DNA of 64,000 nt from a virus (taxonomy: Duplodnaviria > Caudoviricetes). Positions 1 to 10,138 of this stretch are shown here, one piece after another. The notes under the pieces were generated by a model. The model made no database searches, was not told where the DNA came from, and saw only the letters and a program-made list of their open reading frames with translations. The position numbers and the translations under genes are program-made. The stretch is from positions 128,001 to 192,000 of IMG/VR virus record IMGVR_UViG_3300013947_000022. One strand, written 5' to 3'. Position 1 is the stretch's first letter. Every line of letters starts with the position of its first letter.

Positions 1-2
1 GA

Positions 3-1070
3 GATAAAATTTACGATTCTGACTATCAACTGCGTACTATTTCTAATATTTCTATTTCTCATAAGCCTTGTTATAGAGTTAAAGGTGATTATGGTTTAAA
101 TATTATTTGTTCCGCAGACCACCCTTTTATGGTAAATGGAAAGCAAGTATTAGCAAAAGACTTAATTGGAAAATGTTTAGACCAACTTGAAATGGTTGAA
201 GATAACAATCAAGAACATAGTATCAATCTTCGACCGTTTATCACCCGCCGCAATGAAAATCTTGTTTCATCACGAGGCGGTAAAGATTTTAATGATGGTA
301 CAATTCGTCTAAGAAATTCTACTCCTCGTGTACCTGCTGATATTAAACTCACTCCTGAATTAATGTGGGCTTATGGTCTTTTTGTAGCGGAGGGTAGTAA
401 AAAAGGATATTCTTTAAATTATAAAGAAATAGAATTTGCTTCTCGTATTATCGCTATTTGGCACGAAACTACAGGAAATTATTGCCGAATTTATCCGCAC
501 AAAGAAAAAAACAATGTAATTGTGGAAACTCGTCCCGCCTCAATGAACGAAGACCTTTTTGTTAAAGCTATGGGTTGCGGAAAAGGAGCTCACAATAAAA
601 ATCTAAGTTTCCTTTATTCTATCAATAACAAAGAATTAATTCGCTGGGCTCTTATTGGTCTTATTGATGGAGATGGTTGTTTTAGAACCCGCTTTCATGG
701 GAACCGTCCCTGTTATAGTTTCTCTCTTAAAACAGTAAGTAAATCTTTAGCTTATGACTTTTCTTTTCTTCTTTTAAAATGGTTTGGCATTAAATGCACT
801 GTTTATCATGGATGGTCTCCTGCTCGAAAAATTGAGGATAGAATCTTAGCGCCAAGTGACTATTATAAAGTTGATGCTTGTGGTTATGATTCTTGTGTAA
901 AACTTTTTGGAAATTATTATGGAGAATTACAGCGCCCCTTAAAATTAATGACTAAAAAATATAGTGTTGTAAGAAGTGTAACAAAAGTTGAAGACGAACC
1001 TCTTTATGACATTACACTTGATTCAGGCAGTCATATTTTCCCTGTTAATGGTGGCTGGCTAACTCATAAT
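3..1070 (+). mobile_element. Intein with LAGLIDADG homing endonuclease
   Basis: Block B CSADHPF, YGLFVAEG and LIGLIDGDG motifs, block F LYDITL, ends THN|C. Confidence 0.9.
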
Positions 1071-1745
1071 TGTGGAGGCGGAAATGTATTAGAATATCCC
1101 GACCTTGTTCCTCTTCTGCAAAAAATGAAGAATCTTCATCTGATTTCCAATATTACCGTAAATCAGAAGCATTTCATGGAAAATCTTTCTTTCCTGCGTG
1201 AACTTGTTAATCAAAAGCTTATTTATGGACTTGGTATTTCTCTTACCAATCCTTATGAAGAGGGCTTTATCGCAGCAGTTAAAACCTTTCCTAATGCTGT
1301 GATTCATGTTATCAATGGCGTTGTAACTCTCGCACAGCTTTCTGCTCTTGGGTGTAAAGACCTTAAGATTCTGATTCTTGGATATAAAGAAGTTCGTCGT
1401 GGCGTAGCATATAAAGCCGATGTAGACCATTTAGTTGAACTGCGTAAAAATAGGCTTTACGCAAGTCTGCCTTTTATTGCTGAACATAAGTGGTTTAAGA
1501 CAATTTCTTTTGACAATCTTGCTATTGAACAGCTTGAACCCAAGCGTTTTCTGAGTGATGAGTTCTATCAGACGCACAACCTCGGAGACGATGGATTAAT
1601 GGGAGAGCAGACCTCCGCTTCCTATTATGTTGACCTTGTAGAAAATGTGTTTGCTCGTAATTCCTGTGATGTAAATCACCGCTATCCGCTCGAAAATCAT
1701 ACTGCTACAGAGTGTTATCAGCTTCTTCGTGACAATAAAATTTAA
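3..1745 (+). CDS. Radical SAM-like protein (5' truncated by window) containing an intein
   Basis: Frame open from nt 3; C-extein CGGGNVLEYP..ISNITVN resembles the radical SAM GGE/TN motifs. Confidence 0.7.
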   Translation, partial: DKIYDSDYQLRTISNISISHKPCYRVKGDYGLNIICSADHPFMVNGKQVLAKDLIGKCLDQLEMVEDNNQEHSINLRPFITRRNENLVSSRGGKDFNDGTIRLRNSTPRVPADIKLTPELMWAYGLFVAEGSKKGYSLNYKEIEFASRIIAIWHETTGNYCRIYPHKEKNNVIVETRPASMNEDLFVKAMGCGKGAHNKNLSFLYSINNKELIRWALIGLIDGDGCFRTRFHGNRPCYSFSLKTVSKSLAYDFSFLLLKWFGIKCTVYHGWSPARKIEDRILAPSDYYKVDACGYDSCVKLFGNYYGELQRPLKLMTKKYSVVRSVTKVEDEPLYDITLDSGSHIFPVNGGWLTHNCGGGNVLEYPDLVPLLQKMKNLHLISNITVNQKHFMENLSFLRELVNQKLIYGLGISLTNPYEEGFIAAVKTFPNAVIHVINGVVTLAQLSALGCKDLKILILGYKEVRRGVAYKADVDHLVELRKNRLYASLPFIAEHKWFKTISFDNLAIEQLEPKRFLSDEFYQTHNLGDDGLMGEQTSASYYVDLVENVFARNSCDVNHRYPLENHTATECYQLLRDNKI

Positions 1746-1766
1746 GAAGGGGGAGAAAGTTATAAA

Positions 1767-1943
1767 ATGAGCTTACTTGGTTTTGGTTCTCCTTTCGCAG
1801 ATATTTTCATGGCTATGTCAATAGATGGACGCTTTGAGCCTAAAGATAATTTCGGCATTCACTCTACTCCCGATATTGATGATGAAGACGAATTAGACAA
1901 TGATTATTTTTCAGATTTTACAGATTGTGAGGACGATTATTAA
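1767..1943 (+). CDS. small acidic hypothetical protein (58 aa)
   Basis: SD GGGAG, ATG; stop overlaps next start (TAATG). Confidence 0.6.
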   Translation: MSLLGFGSPFADIFMAMSIDGRFEPKDNFGIHSTPDIDDEDELDNDYFSDFTDCEDDY

Positions 1944-2569
1944 TGTATATCATTTATGATGCTAATACTAACGACTATGTTTGTCGCGCGTCTCAGGGAC
2001 AGTATAACATTTGTAGACAGTTACCTTATGCTGCTCTTTTTACTACTGAAAGGGGAGCTCAGAATATCCTAAATAATGGTGGACTTCCAAAGTTGATTCA
2101 GAGCAAGCATACTTTCACTATTGCTCATGTGTCCACAAAGGCTGGAAAGGCAAACAAGATTCTTATTGCGGCCAAGGAAGCTCCGCCAAAGACTTTTGAT
2201 TTTTCCGCTCCTGCTGAAATTCGCAAAGCGGCTGACTATCTCGGTAGAGTTATGGAAAACGCAGAAGATTTAAGCGTTCAGCTTTCTAATATGGATAGAG
2301 AAATTAGTGATATTCAGCATTATATTGAAACTGCTTCCCTCAATGCAGCACAGCGTAGCCATGTATTTAAGGTATATCGTGAAAAGCTTACGGAACGTCG
2401 CCTTTATAAGAATCTTATGGATATTACTGCTACGATGGCTCAGGCTGGACTTTCTAAAAAGAATTTCAATAACACCGTAGCTTCTCTTGATGGGCTGGAA
2501 ACTAAGGCGTATTCACCTCGTAGTGCCTTTGGCGAAACTCTGTTTGGAACTAAGAAAGTGGAGGACTAA
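1943..2569 (+). CDS. hypothetical coiled-coil phage protein
   Basis: 208 aa ORF, coupled start. Confidence 0.7.
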   Translation: MYIIYDANTNDYVCRASQGQYNICRQLPYAALFTTERGAQNILNNGGLPKLIQSKHTFTIAHVSTKAGKANKILIAAKEAPPKTFDFSAPAEIRKAADYLGRVMENAEDLSVQLSNMDREISDIQHYIETASLNAAQRSHVFKVYREKLTERRLYKNLMDITATMAQAGLSKKNFNNTVASLDGLETKAYSPRSAFGETLFGTKKVED

Positions 2570-2575
2570 TCAATT

Positions 2576-2710
2576 ATGATTCTTGTAACAAATGACCAAG
2601 CTAAAGCTATTCTAAGCGCAATGCTTAACGGTTTTCTCGAAGATGCTGAACTTACTCGAAAAGATATGCGTGATATTCTTGAAGACCTTGCAGATGAATT
2701 TCGTTATTGA
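2576..2710 (+). CDS. small hypothetical protein (44 aa)
   Basis: GGAGG SD, fills the gap between genes. Confidence 0.6.
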   Translation: MILVTNDQAKAILSAMLNGFLEDAELTRKDMRDILEDLADEFRY

Positions 2711-2724
2711 GAAAGGAGTATACT

Positions 2725-3489
2725 ATGGGATATTGGGACCCGCCCGAGTATTTTGACCAAGCAAAGTATCCTGAAATTGATGCTGAAACTGATGCTCTTA
2801 TTGAGCATTTGGTTGGAGCAATCAAAGAAGAATATAAAGATGTAATCGCTAAAGAATCTGACGCTTATCAAGACCTTAAGGCAAGTTATGAAAGCTTGCG
2901 TAGAGAACTGACAAAAAACCGTGATGTGCTTTTAGCTAAAGACAATCTAATTGAAACTCTTCAACAGGAATTGACTAAAAAGACAACCGAACATCCTTCC
3001 TTTAAATTTAATGTTGGAGATATTGTCTATTATTCAGCAATTTCTTATAATTCAGAAAAGAAAGTTTTTTGCCCCCGTTGCGGAGGCAAGGGGTATGTTA
3101 CACTTGACACCGAAACAAACAATCTCCCAGCAGATATTGCCGACCCTGTAACCTATATTTGTCCTAATTGCAGAAATTCTACGGGGAGCTATCTTTATAA
3201 TAAAGCAAAAAATTTCAGAGAGTGTAGCTATTATACTTATTACATTGAAAAAGGAAAAATCATGGAAATCAAATATACCATTGGTGAAGAAAAGAATGAA
3301 ACAACATATTTTGTCAAGTCTTTAACACAAACCTCATCTTCATCTTTCCGTGAACAAGACCTTTACGAAACTGCTGAACAGGCTAAAAAGGCAGTCATTT
3401 GCGACACAGAGTTATCTTATATCAATGCCTGTCATAATGTAGGTGTTATTCCTGATTCAACTGACAAAGAGGACTCTTCTGATGTTTGA
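2725..3489 (+). CDS. protein with DnaJ-type CxxCxGxG zinc finger
   Basis: CPRCGGKG and CPNC; AAGGAG SD before ATG 2725. Confidence 0.65.
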   Translation: MGYWDPPEYFDQAKYPEIDAETDALIEHLVGAIKEEYKDVIAKESDAYQDLKASYESLRRELTKNRDVLLAKDNLIETLQQELTKKTTEHPSFKFNVGDIVYYSAISYNSEKKVFCPRCGGKGYVTLDTETNNLPADIADPVTYICPNCRNSTGSYLYNKAKNFRECSYYTYYIEKGKIMEIKYTIGEEKNETTYFVKSLTQTSSSSFREQDLYETAEQAKKAVICDTELSYINACHNVGVIPDSTDKEDSSDV

Positions 3490-3745
3490 ATTAAAACCTT
3501 GCAGATATTGCGGAAAAGTTCCAAAAGTGTCCCCATTGGTGACACGAACAATTTTAAAACAGATTCCAAATAATTCAACGTCAAATATTTTCAAAATACA
3601 AACCGAAAGAATTGAAGTTCCTGTTTTTTATACGATTCGTTGCCAAAATGGAAAATGCAAGAATCACTTGCACAAATATCCCTATAAAATGATTTCGGAA
3701 AACTCTGTAAATGGAGCTATTTTAAAATGGAATCAACAAAACTAA
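3482..3745 (+). CDS. Lar-like zinc finger protein
   Basis: LKPCRYCG at N-terminus, C-terminal AILKWN as in Lar-family proteins. Confidence 0.5.
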   Translation: MFELKPCRYCGKVPKVSPLVTRTILKQIPNNSTSNIFKIQTERIEVPVFYTIRCQNGKCKNHLHKYPYKMISENSVNGAILKWNQQN

Positions 3746-3850
3746 GGAAACTTTCATATAAAAATTAACAAATAATTTTTCAATCTGTCTTAACAGGCGC
3801 GTAAAACCGTGGTATACTAACGGTAGTAAATCATCAAGGGAGGTTATTTT

Positions 3851-4417
3851 ATAAACATTCTTTTTCTTGATTATGATGGTGTAGTAAACACACCGATGTG
3901 GCATCAACATAAAGCTGACCCATCTCGAATGATTTGCACTTTTAATTTCCCTTTCGATAACAAAGTAAATGACTTTCAATGCGTTCAATGGATTTCAGAA
4001 TTCTGCCAAAAATATGATTATTCTATTGTAGTCACTTCTTCGTGGAGATGGGAAGATAATTACAAGGAATGTCTCATTAACGGTGGACTTCGCCAAGGCA
4101 TTAAAATTCTTGGAAAGACTCCTGACTATGTAAAATATTTCGGGGCTACCAGAGGAGATGAAATCCAAGCTTGGCTTGACTTGCATCACGAGGAAGAAAT
4201 TAACTTTCTCATTGTAGATGATACCTATAAAGAAGATTTGGAAGTTCATAAGATTGACTATGAAAACAAAAAAGTTCTTGGGCTGAATAAACTCCAAACT
4301 TTCAAACTTCAAGACAGATTTATTCAAACTAATACAATGATTGGATTTAGAGAACCTGATTTTCATCGAGCAGAGCAACTACATCAAAATCTCAGTTTAA
4401 AACAATTCTCAAATTAA
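3851..4417 (+). CDS. HAD-family phosphatase (Swiss-army-knife RNA-repair type); probable ATA start
   Basis: In-frame upstream extension gives ILFLDYDGV (HAD motif I); IVVTSSWR, RGDEI and IVDD motifs; GGAGG SD before ATA. Confidence 0.75.
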   Translation: MNILFLDYDGVVNTPMWHQHKADPSRMICTFNFPFDNKVNDFQCVQWISEFCQKYDYSIVVTSSWRWEDNYKECLINGGLRQGIKILGKTPDYVKYFGATRGDEIQAWLDLHHEEEINFLIVDDTYKEDLEVHKIDYENKKVLGLNKLQTFKLQDRFIQTNTMIGFREPDFHRAEQLHQNLSLKQFSN

Positions 4418-4553
4418 TTTAAATTAAAAATAAAAGGCGGTTTTTATTATGCTCCCTGTTAATGTCGATGGCCTAATTTGGCTAAATACAATCTTTATAG
4501 AATACAAAGCTTCGCTCGGTATTGCGACGATTAAACTTAAGGAGAATTAAAAA

Positions 4554-5291
4554 ATGACAAGTTATCTATATGAAAACATTCGAAAAGTTCCTGCAAATCT
4601 AACCTGTGGTGATTTGATGGATATGAGAAAATATTTGAATGACATGGTAAATTGTTACAAAAATATTTCACATGAAGACAAACAGGCTATTGGCGGAGTA
4701 ATCTTTGCTAATTTCGAATATAAAATTTTGAGGGCTGTTAATAATCACCTTAACAATGTTGCTTTAAAAGTAACTGAGGAAGATAATTGCGATAAGCATC
4801 TGACAGACACAACAAACAATCTGTGGTCAAGTTCTCCACAAATCCCCACTATTACCCATGATGTAAATGAATTTGGACATACGCCCAAGCGTAATTCTAC
4901 TCCTAAGCTAAAGCATCTTCTTACTAATGAAGCAGAAAAAGATATTAAGTCACTGGCAAATCTTTCTCGAATGTTCTGTAACTGGATAAAAAACGCAAGT
5001 CTGGATAGAGCCCCTACCAACTTTACACTTGAGTATTACGGCGCAAAGATGGAAGTTTCTTTTGCTGTAAATGACGCCGCGATTTATCTGCGTTTTGAGG
5101 GTCTTAATACAGTTAATAAGCTCTATTCATTCCGTTGTAGTCCAAGTGTAAAGCATAAGTCTTTCTCTCGTGAATTTTGGCATCTATATCGTAGACGCAT
5201 GACCAAGACTATTGCAAGGGTTATGCGAGATGTTGATAATAATCCAAGTAATTGGTATTGTATGGAAGTTAAAAGAGGAGAGTTGGATTAA
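4554..5291 (+). CDS. hypothetical protein
   Basis: 245 aa ORF with AAGGAG SD. Confidence 0.7.
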   Translation: MTSYLYENIRKVPANLTCGDLMDMRKYLNDMVNCYKNISHEDKQAIGGVIFANFEYKILRAVNNHLNNVALKVTEEDNCDKHLTDTTNNLWSSSPQIPTITHDVNEFGHTPKRNSTPKLKHLLTNEAEKDIKSLANLSRMFCNWIKNASLDRAPTNFTLEYYGAKMEVSFAVNDAAIYLRFEGLNTVNKLYSFRCSPSVKHKSFSREFWHLYRRRMTKTIARVMRDVDNNPSNWYCMEVKRGELD

Positions 5292-5650
5292 TGAACGATT
5301 TTGTTATTCAAGGTGTAACAATTCTCGGCACAGAAATATCTAATCACAAATTTGCTATGTTTCCTTTTGTTCTTTGTGTGCTTCTTTCTTTGGGTTTTTT
5401 TGTTTTTGTGTGTATAAGTATTTGTGATAAGGAATTTCCTTCTGTTGTTGTTTGTTCTTTGTTATTTATGCTGGCAATAGTGGCGACATCTTTAACTTAT
5501 AAAGAATGGAAAGCCCCACCAGAAACAGTTTATACAATTTCCATTGATAACACGGCAAGTTATAACGAAATAAAAAACAACTTTTATTACATTCGTAAAC
5601 TTCCCAATGGGCTATACGAAGTCAAACTAAATACTCAAGAAACTAATTAA
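5291..5650 (+). CDS. membrane protein (2 TM)
   Basis: two hydrophobic segments. Confidence 0.65.
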   Translation: MNDFVIQGVTILGTEISNHKFAMFPFVLCVLLSLGFFVFVCISICDKEFPSVVVCSLLFMLAIVATSLTYKEWKAPPETVYTISIDNTASYNEIKNNFYYIRKLPNGLYEVKLNTQETN

Positions 5651-5657
5651 AAAACAC

Positions 5658-5713
5658 TTGACAAACCTTTATTCTTATGGTAAGATAATATCAAACCAAA
5701 GAATAGAGGTTTT
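5658..5713 (+). promoter_or_regulatory. sigma-A promoter whose spacer is complementary to the downstream SD
   Basis: TTGACA..TAAGAT; aaacctttattc / gaatagaggttt. Confidence 0.6.
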
Positions 5714-5717
5714 GTTT

Positions 5718-5906
5718 ATGACTGCTCCAAACAACATCTGTATCTATGCCGACCCTTTTCCTGATGGGGAACTTCATTGTTTAGCATATTCAGAGGCAAA
5801 ATATCCTGATGGAAAAATGAATCTACACTTTCCTGTTTGTTCTAATAAAAATTGCCCTTTGAAGAACTCTAAACTTTTGAATGGAGGGAAATTAAATGTC
5901 CGATAA
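5718..5906 (+). CDS. small Cys-rich hypothetical protein
   Basis: ATG after SD GAGG. Confidence 0.55.
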   Translation: MTAPNNICIYADPFPDGELHCLAYSEAKYPDGKMNLHFPVCSNKNCPLKNSKLLNGGKLNVR

Positions 5907-6231
5907 GAAAAAATTATCTGGTTGGCTTGCTCCTAATGGAGATTTTACTTCCGTCTTTTGGGGAGAACACGATGGAATGAGTGAACAAATTTGTTCTATG
6001 TTAGGATTAGAAGAATTTTTCTTGCCTGATGAAGAGCTTATAAAAAGAGGTTGGCTTAGAATTGGGTATACCTATCTTAATGGCGGACCAATCATTAATA
6101 TTGGCATGAAGCCTGAAACCCATTTTACAGAAAGCCAAAAGAATTTTCTTCGTCCTTATTTTGAGGATAAAGAACACTATGAATTTTTTGCTTACCTTTA
6201 TTCTATTTGGGAGGAAGAAAATGAGCGCTAA
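5896..6231 (+). CDS. hypothetical protein, GWLxPxG..H family (paralog of 6648..6992)
   Basis: shared GWL(A/S)P(N/D)G, H, GWL and TExQKN motifs. Confidence 0.7.
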   Translation: MSDKKKLSGWLAPNGDFTSVFWGEHDGMSEQICSMLGLEEFFLPDEELIKRGWLRIGYTYLNGGPIINIGMKPETHFTESQKNFLRPYFEDKEHYEFFAYLYSIWEEENER

Positions 6232-6664
6232 AAAGTATAATGCCGAACTACAGAAAAAGGTTTTAGATTTTTTAACTCTATCAGAAGGTTGGGGAGGAGA
6301 AAATACACTACCTTTTAATTTTGATTTTGTTAATCTTTGCGCGGAAATTGCTGTTCATTTAGGAAACAAATATCCGTGGGAAGCCTATCCCACCATGCGC
6401 AATTCTATTCAATTTGAAACAAGCTTATATAACAAGACAGACAAAAATGTGCGCGAGTTTTATTTCGAATTTGAAATTTATTCTGAAGATTATTTCAGAG
6501 AAAGTGCGGGAATTGAAAAAGTTTCTTATCTTTTCGTAAAAGAGCAGGAATATCAAAATGCTTTAGCAGGAGATTTAGACTTATCTTTGTATTCTACTCC
6601 CAAAGAAATCGCAAATTGCTTCAACACAATGGTGAAGGATTATATTTATGAACAGGCACATTGA
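6221..6664 (+). CDS. hypothetical protein
   Basis: GGAGG SD, ATG 6221. Confidence 0.65.
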   Translation: MSAKKYNAELQKKVLDFLTLSEGWGGENTLPFNFDFVNLCAEIAVHLGNKYPWEAYPTMRNSIQFETSLYNKTDKNVREFYFEFEIYSEDYFRESAGIEKVSYLFVKEQEYQNALAGDLDLSLYSTPKEIANCFNTMVKDYIYEQAH

Positions 6665-6992
6665 ATTTAAATTAGGTTGGCTTTCTCCTGACGGTGAACT
6701 GGTAGGGTGTAATAGCTTTGACCACATCTCTTCTGCTTGTGAAATTTGCGATAAACTTAATTATTCTTATACTAATGCAAAAGGGAATGCTCCTGATGAT
6801 GTTTTACTTGCTCATGGGTGGTTACATCTAACATACTCCATGCTTGACCATGAATACAGGATTTATTACGCTTATTTTAATCATGTCAGGCTAACAGAAG
6901 CGCAAAAAAATTATATTCGTCCATTTAAAGAAATGGGTTATACCTTTGGAGATTTGTTTGAAACGACGTGGGAGGAAAATGATTTTGACTAA
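6648..6992 (+). CDS. hypothetical protein, GWLxPxG..H family
   Basis: paralog of 5896..6231. Confidence 0.7.
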   Translation: MNRHIEFKLGWLSPDGELVGCNSFDHISSACEICDKLNYSYTNAKGNAPDDVLLAHGWLHLTYSMLDHEYRIYYAYFNHVRLTEAQKNYIRPFKEMGYTFGDLFETTWEENDFD

Positions 6993-7347
6993 TTTAATCA
7001 AAAAGATTGCTTTAGTTCTTGTCATTGTTTTCTTCCTAACAGCACTTTTTTATATCTATATGAATTAGAGGGGCAAAGGCATGGACAATATTATTCATAT
7101 TCCATTTAGTTATGATATTTGGAAGCCCTCAGACATGAAATATTATATCGACAAAGAAACAAGACGTTGTTTTAAGTCTGACAATCCAGAACAGGTATTA
7201 AATCGTTCTTATTTTTCTATGTATGTAGAATGGTGGCTACACAATATCGGTTACTATCTCACCTATCCCTTTTGTGATGATTTTGACTATTTTTTCGATT
7301 TAAATAATAGGTTCAGAGACGTAGATTTAGAAGAATGGAGGACATAA
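6979..7347 (+). CDS. membrane-anchored hypothetical protein (TAG at 7066 read as Gln)
   Basis: GGAGG SD, ATG 6979, TM segment, single TAG, in frame with ORF 7081..7347. Confidence 0.55.
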
Positions 7348-7386
7348 ACCTTTTTACTTATTTCTAAACATTTTCATAAAACTCTA

Positions 7387-7439
7387 TTGACAACCTCCTT
7401 AGTCTGTGATATTATTATCATAGAAAATCTAAGGAGGTT
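7387..7439 (+). promoter_or_regulatory. sigma-A promoter with anti-SD in spacer
   Basis: TTGACA..TATTAT; aacctccttag / ctaaggaggtt. Confidence 0.7.
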
Positions 7440-7445
7440 ATCTTT

Positions 7446-7625
7446 ATGAAGCTTGATATGAGATTTGGTTGGTTAATGCTCCGCATTTTTGCCCTGCTCG
7501 TTACAATTTTCTATGCTGCTCAGAATGGAATTAATCTTTCTTTCCTTGGTTATTGTGTAGCTTGTGTTTTCACTTGGGCTATTGCTCTTAGATATGAAAA
7601 GAAGATTGCTATAAAGGAAAACTAA
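7446..7625 (+). CDS. small membrane protein (59 aa)
   Basis: AAGGAGG SD; two hydrophobic helices. Confidence 0.6.
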   Translation: MKLDMRFGWLMLRIFALLVTIFYAAQNGINLSFLGYCVACVFTWAIALRYEKKIAIKEN

Positions 7626-7631
7626 AAGGCT

Positions 7632-7943
7632 ATGAAACTTTGGATTGATGATATTAGACCTGCCCCAGAGGGTTGGTGCCAAGCCTATTCAGCTAATGCA
7701 GCTAAAGAAATGATTCTCGCTAACTGGGAGAATATTGAAATACTTTCAATAGACTATGACAGCGGAGATTATAATAAATTTGGAGGAGATTACATCAATA
7801 TTCTTAAATGGTTAGAGGAAGAAGAGCACAAAGCAAACAAAAAAATTGTAACTTTTCCTATCCAAATTCATAGTATGAATCCCGTAGGAGTACAAAATAT
7901 GCGAAATATTATTCAATATAATAATTGGAAAGAGGTAAAATAA
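7632..7943 (+). CDS. cyclic-phosphate processing receiver-like domain protein
   Basis: MKLWIDDIRPAPEGW, SIDYD and IHSMNPVG motifs. Confidence 0.7.
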   Translation: MKLWIDDIRPAPEGWCQAYSANAAKEMILANWENIEILSIDYDSGDYNKFGGDYINILKWLEEEEHKANKKIVTFPIQIHSMNPVGVQNMRNIIQYNNWKEVK

Positions 7944-8894
7944 ATGAGTCATTTAATTGATTTAACTGATTAGATTTTTAACGATATTAGAGTTATTAAA
8001 AGAAATACAGAATTAGATTCTGATAGAGGTGCAATATGGGATTGTTTATGCCCTTGCGGAAATATTTTTTAGGCTAACGGAAGCGCTTTAAGAAGAGGAA
8101 GAATTAAATCTTGTCGGCATTGTAAAGAAAAAGAAGAAATTACTCCTATACAGAAAAAACATTTGCAACAAAAATATTCAATTGGAGAAAAATTTGGACA
8201 CGCCACAATAATAGATTATTGCGACTACACTAAAACTCATCATACATATCTTAAATGCAAATGTGAATGTGGAAATATCTTTGATGCAAGAACCGATAGT
8301 CTTACCCAAAATTTAAATTGTGGTTGTTTAAAAAAAGAAAAAACCTCTAAACAATGGGCATCTAATTTATTGGGAAAAAGATTTGGTAAATTAACTGTCG
8401 TTGCAAAAGAAAAAATTCCCAATCAATATAGGAGTCTTTGGAAATGCGTATGTGACTGTGGAGAAATATGTTTTCTTCCCTCTCGTTACTTATTATCAAA
8501 TCAAGTTAAAAGTTGTGGTTGTGAAACTAAAAGTAAACGGGAACTTGAAATCCGAGGGATATTAAATCAAAAAAATATTAATTTTCAAACAGAATATACT
8601 TTTGACGATTGCGTTTCTACTCAATCTTATAAATTGCGCTTTGATTTTGCATTATTTAACAATTTAAATCAAGTTGTTGGCTTAATTGAATTTAATGGAA
8701 TACAACATTATAAACCTATTCCATATTGGGGCGGAGAAGAAAGATTTAATAGACAAAAAGAAAGTGACAATATAAAAAAAGATTATTGTTTTAATAAAAA
8801 GATTCCTTTGTTAATTATAAAATATACTGAATTGGGGAAAATAAACTTAGATGATTTTTTAAAACAGATTAATTTAACAACACAGGAGGACTAA
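7944..8894 (+). CDS. homing endonuclease, CxCxCG repeats plus PD-(D/E)XK/Vsr-like nuclease; two TAG=Gln codons (7971, 8070)
   Basis: MSHLIDLTD*IF matches the DLTGQxF motif; three CxCxCG..CGC-type repeats; LRFDF..IEFNGIQH. Confidence 0.75.
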
Positions 8895-8895
8895 A

Positions 8896-9309
8896 ATGAA
8901 TAAGCAGACAAATGATTTTATTATTAGCCTTAAAAATCACGCAGAGACCGAAGACCGCTTTGGAGATTACTATCTCAATGCAACAGCAGAATATCTTTCT
9001 AATATGAATGAGACTCCTATTGAGTATTACAATAAGGGCATTCTTTATAGCTATATTCAATCTGCTTTTAAAGATTTCATGTCTACTGCGGATTCTCCTC
9101 AGCTTGCCATGTACGATTTCTTCGATTCTTTTAATCGCAATGTTAAAAAGTCTTCTGACCCAGACCTTGTTCTTGCTCATGCCTGTTGTGTAGCTATGGA
9201 TTTAAGCAAAGTGCGTGAAAAGAAAAATGGCGTATGGGTGACAGTAAACGGTTTTCATGTCCCTGCCGACCCTAAAGACGATGAATTTTTAAACAAAAAG
9301 GAGAGTTAA
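8896..9309 (+). CDS. hypothetical protein
   Basis: AGGAGG SD. Confidence 0.7.
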   Translation: MNKQTNDFIISLKNHAETEDRFGDYYLNATAEYLSNMNETPIEYYNKGILYSYIQSAFKDFMSTADSPQLAMYDFFDSFNRNVKKSSDPDLVLAHACCVAMDLSKVREKKNGVWVTVNGFHVPADPKDDEFLNKKES

Positions 9310-9311
9310 TT

Positions 9312-9884
9312 ATGAATTATATTGACGCTTCCATTGAGATGAAAATTATGGATGATGATAGTCCCAAGTTTGAAATTATTTATCCTCAAATTGTTAAATG
9401 GGCTTGTTATACAGATAAATCTGGCGTAGTTACTATTTATAAAAATGGTCAGTATTGGGACGAGATTTACGATTTTTGGGAATTTAGGGATATTGCGCGT
9501 GATAGCGGCTCGGTTTCTCCTTTTAACACTCCTTATATTCGAGGTGTAAAAAAACATGATGCCAATCATGTTTTTGATGAGGATAAGAGCGTTAAATGGA
9601 ATCGTAATGCCGTAATTGAGTATAATAAGGCAGTAGATTCAATTCAGGCTAAAAACAAAAAGCTTCAAAAAGAAACAAGCGATGTTTTTAATGTGTGCGC
9701 TTCTGCTTGTATTAGAAATAATTTTAGTCAAGTCCATTTTGAAATTAGCCAAGATGAAATTGATTATATCATTGCTAATGCTAAAGAACATGACTACGAT
9801 TACACTTATGAATTAGTTGACCGAATTGAAGCGTATTGTCAATTTTATCTTGAGTTAATTAAAACGAGAGAAAACGATGCCTGA
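9312..9884 (+). CDS. hypothetical protein
   Basis: AAGGAG SD. Confidence 0.7.
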   Translation: MNYIDASIEMKIMDDDSPKFEIIYPQIVKWACYTDKSGVVTIYKNGQYWDEIYDFWEFRDIARDSGSVSPFNTPYIRGVKKHDANHVFDEDKSVKWNRNAVIEYNKAVDSIQAKNKKLQKETSDVFNVCASACIRNNFSQVHFEISQDEIDYIIANAKEHDYDYTYELVDRIEAYCQFYLELIKTRENDA

Positions 9885-9962
9885 GATTTACGCAAAATCT
9901 TTTACCTTTCAGCATTTTCGAAGAAGAATACGGGGATAAATACGAAAATAATTAAAAACCTC

Positions 9963-10016
9963 TTGACAACTCCTTTCGCCTATGGTATACTAACCATAGT
10001 AAATGAAAGGGGTTGT
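9963..10016 (+). promoter_or_regulatory. sigma-A promoter with anti-SD in spacer
   Basis: TTGACA-17-TATACT; acaactcctttc / gaaaggggttgt. Confidence 0.7.
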
Positions 10017-10021
10017 TTTTA

Positions 10022-10138
10022 ATGGAAATCATTCAGACTTTGGTTCTTGGAGCAATCGTTTTCTGTGCCAGTTCTAATCTTGGACGCGAGGTTGCTAACC
10101 ATATCATGTCTAATAAGGAGGAGAAAAACGATGGTTAA
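10022..10138 (+). CDS. small hydrophobic peptide (38 aa)
   Basis: first ORF after promoter and SD. Confidence 0.55.
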   Translation: MEIIQTLVLGAIVFCASSNLGREVANHIMSNKEEKNDG

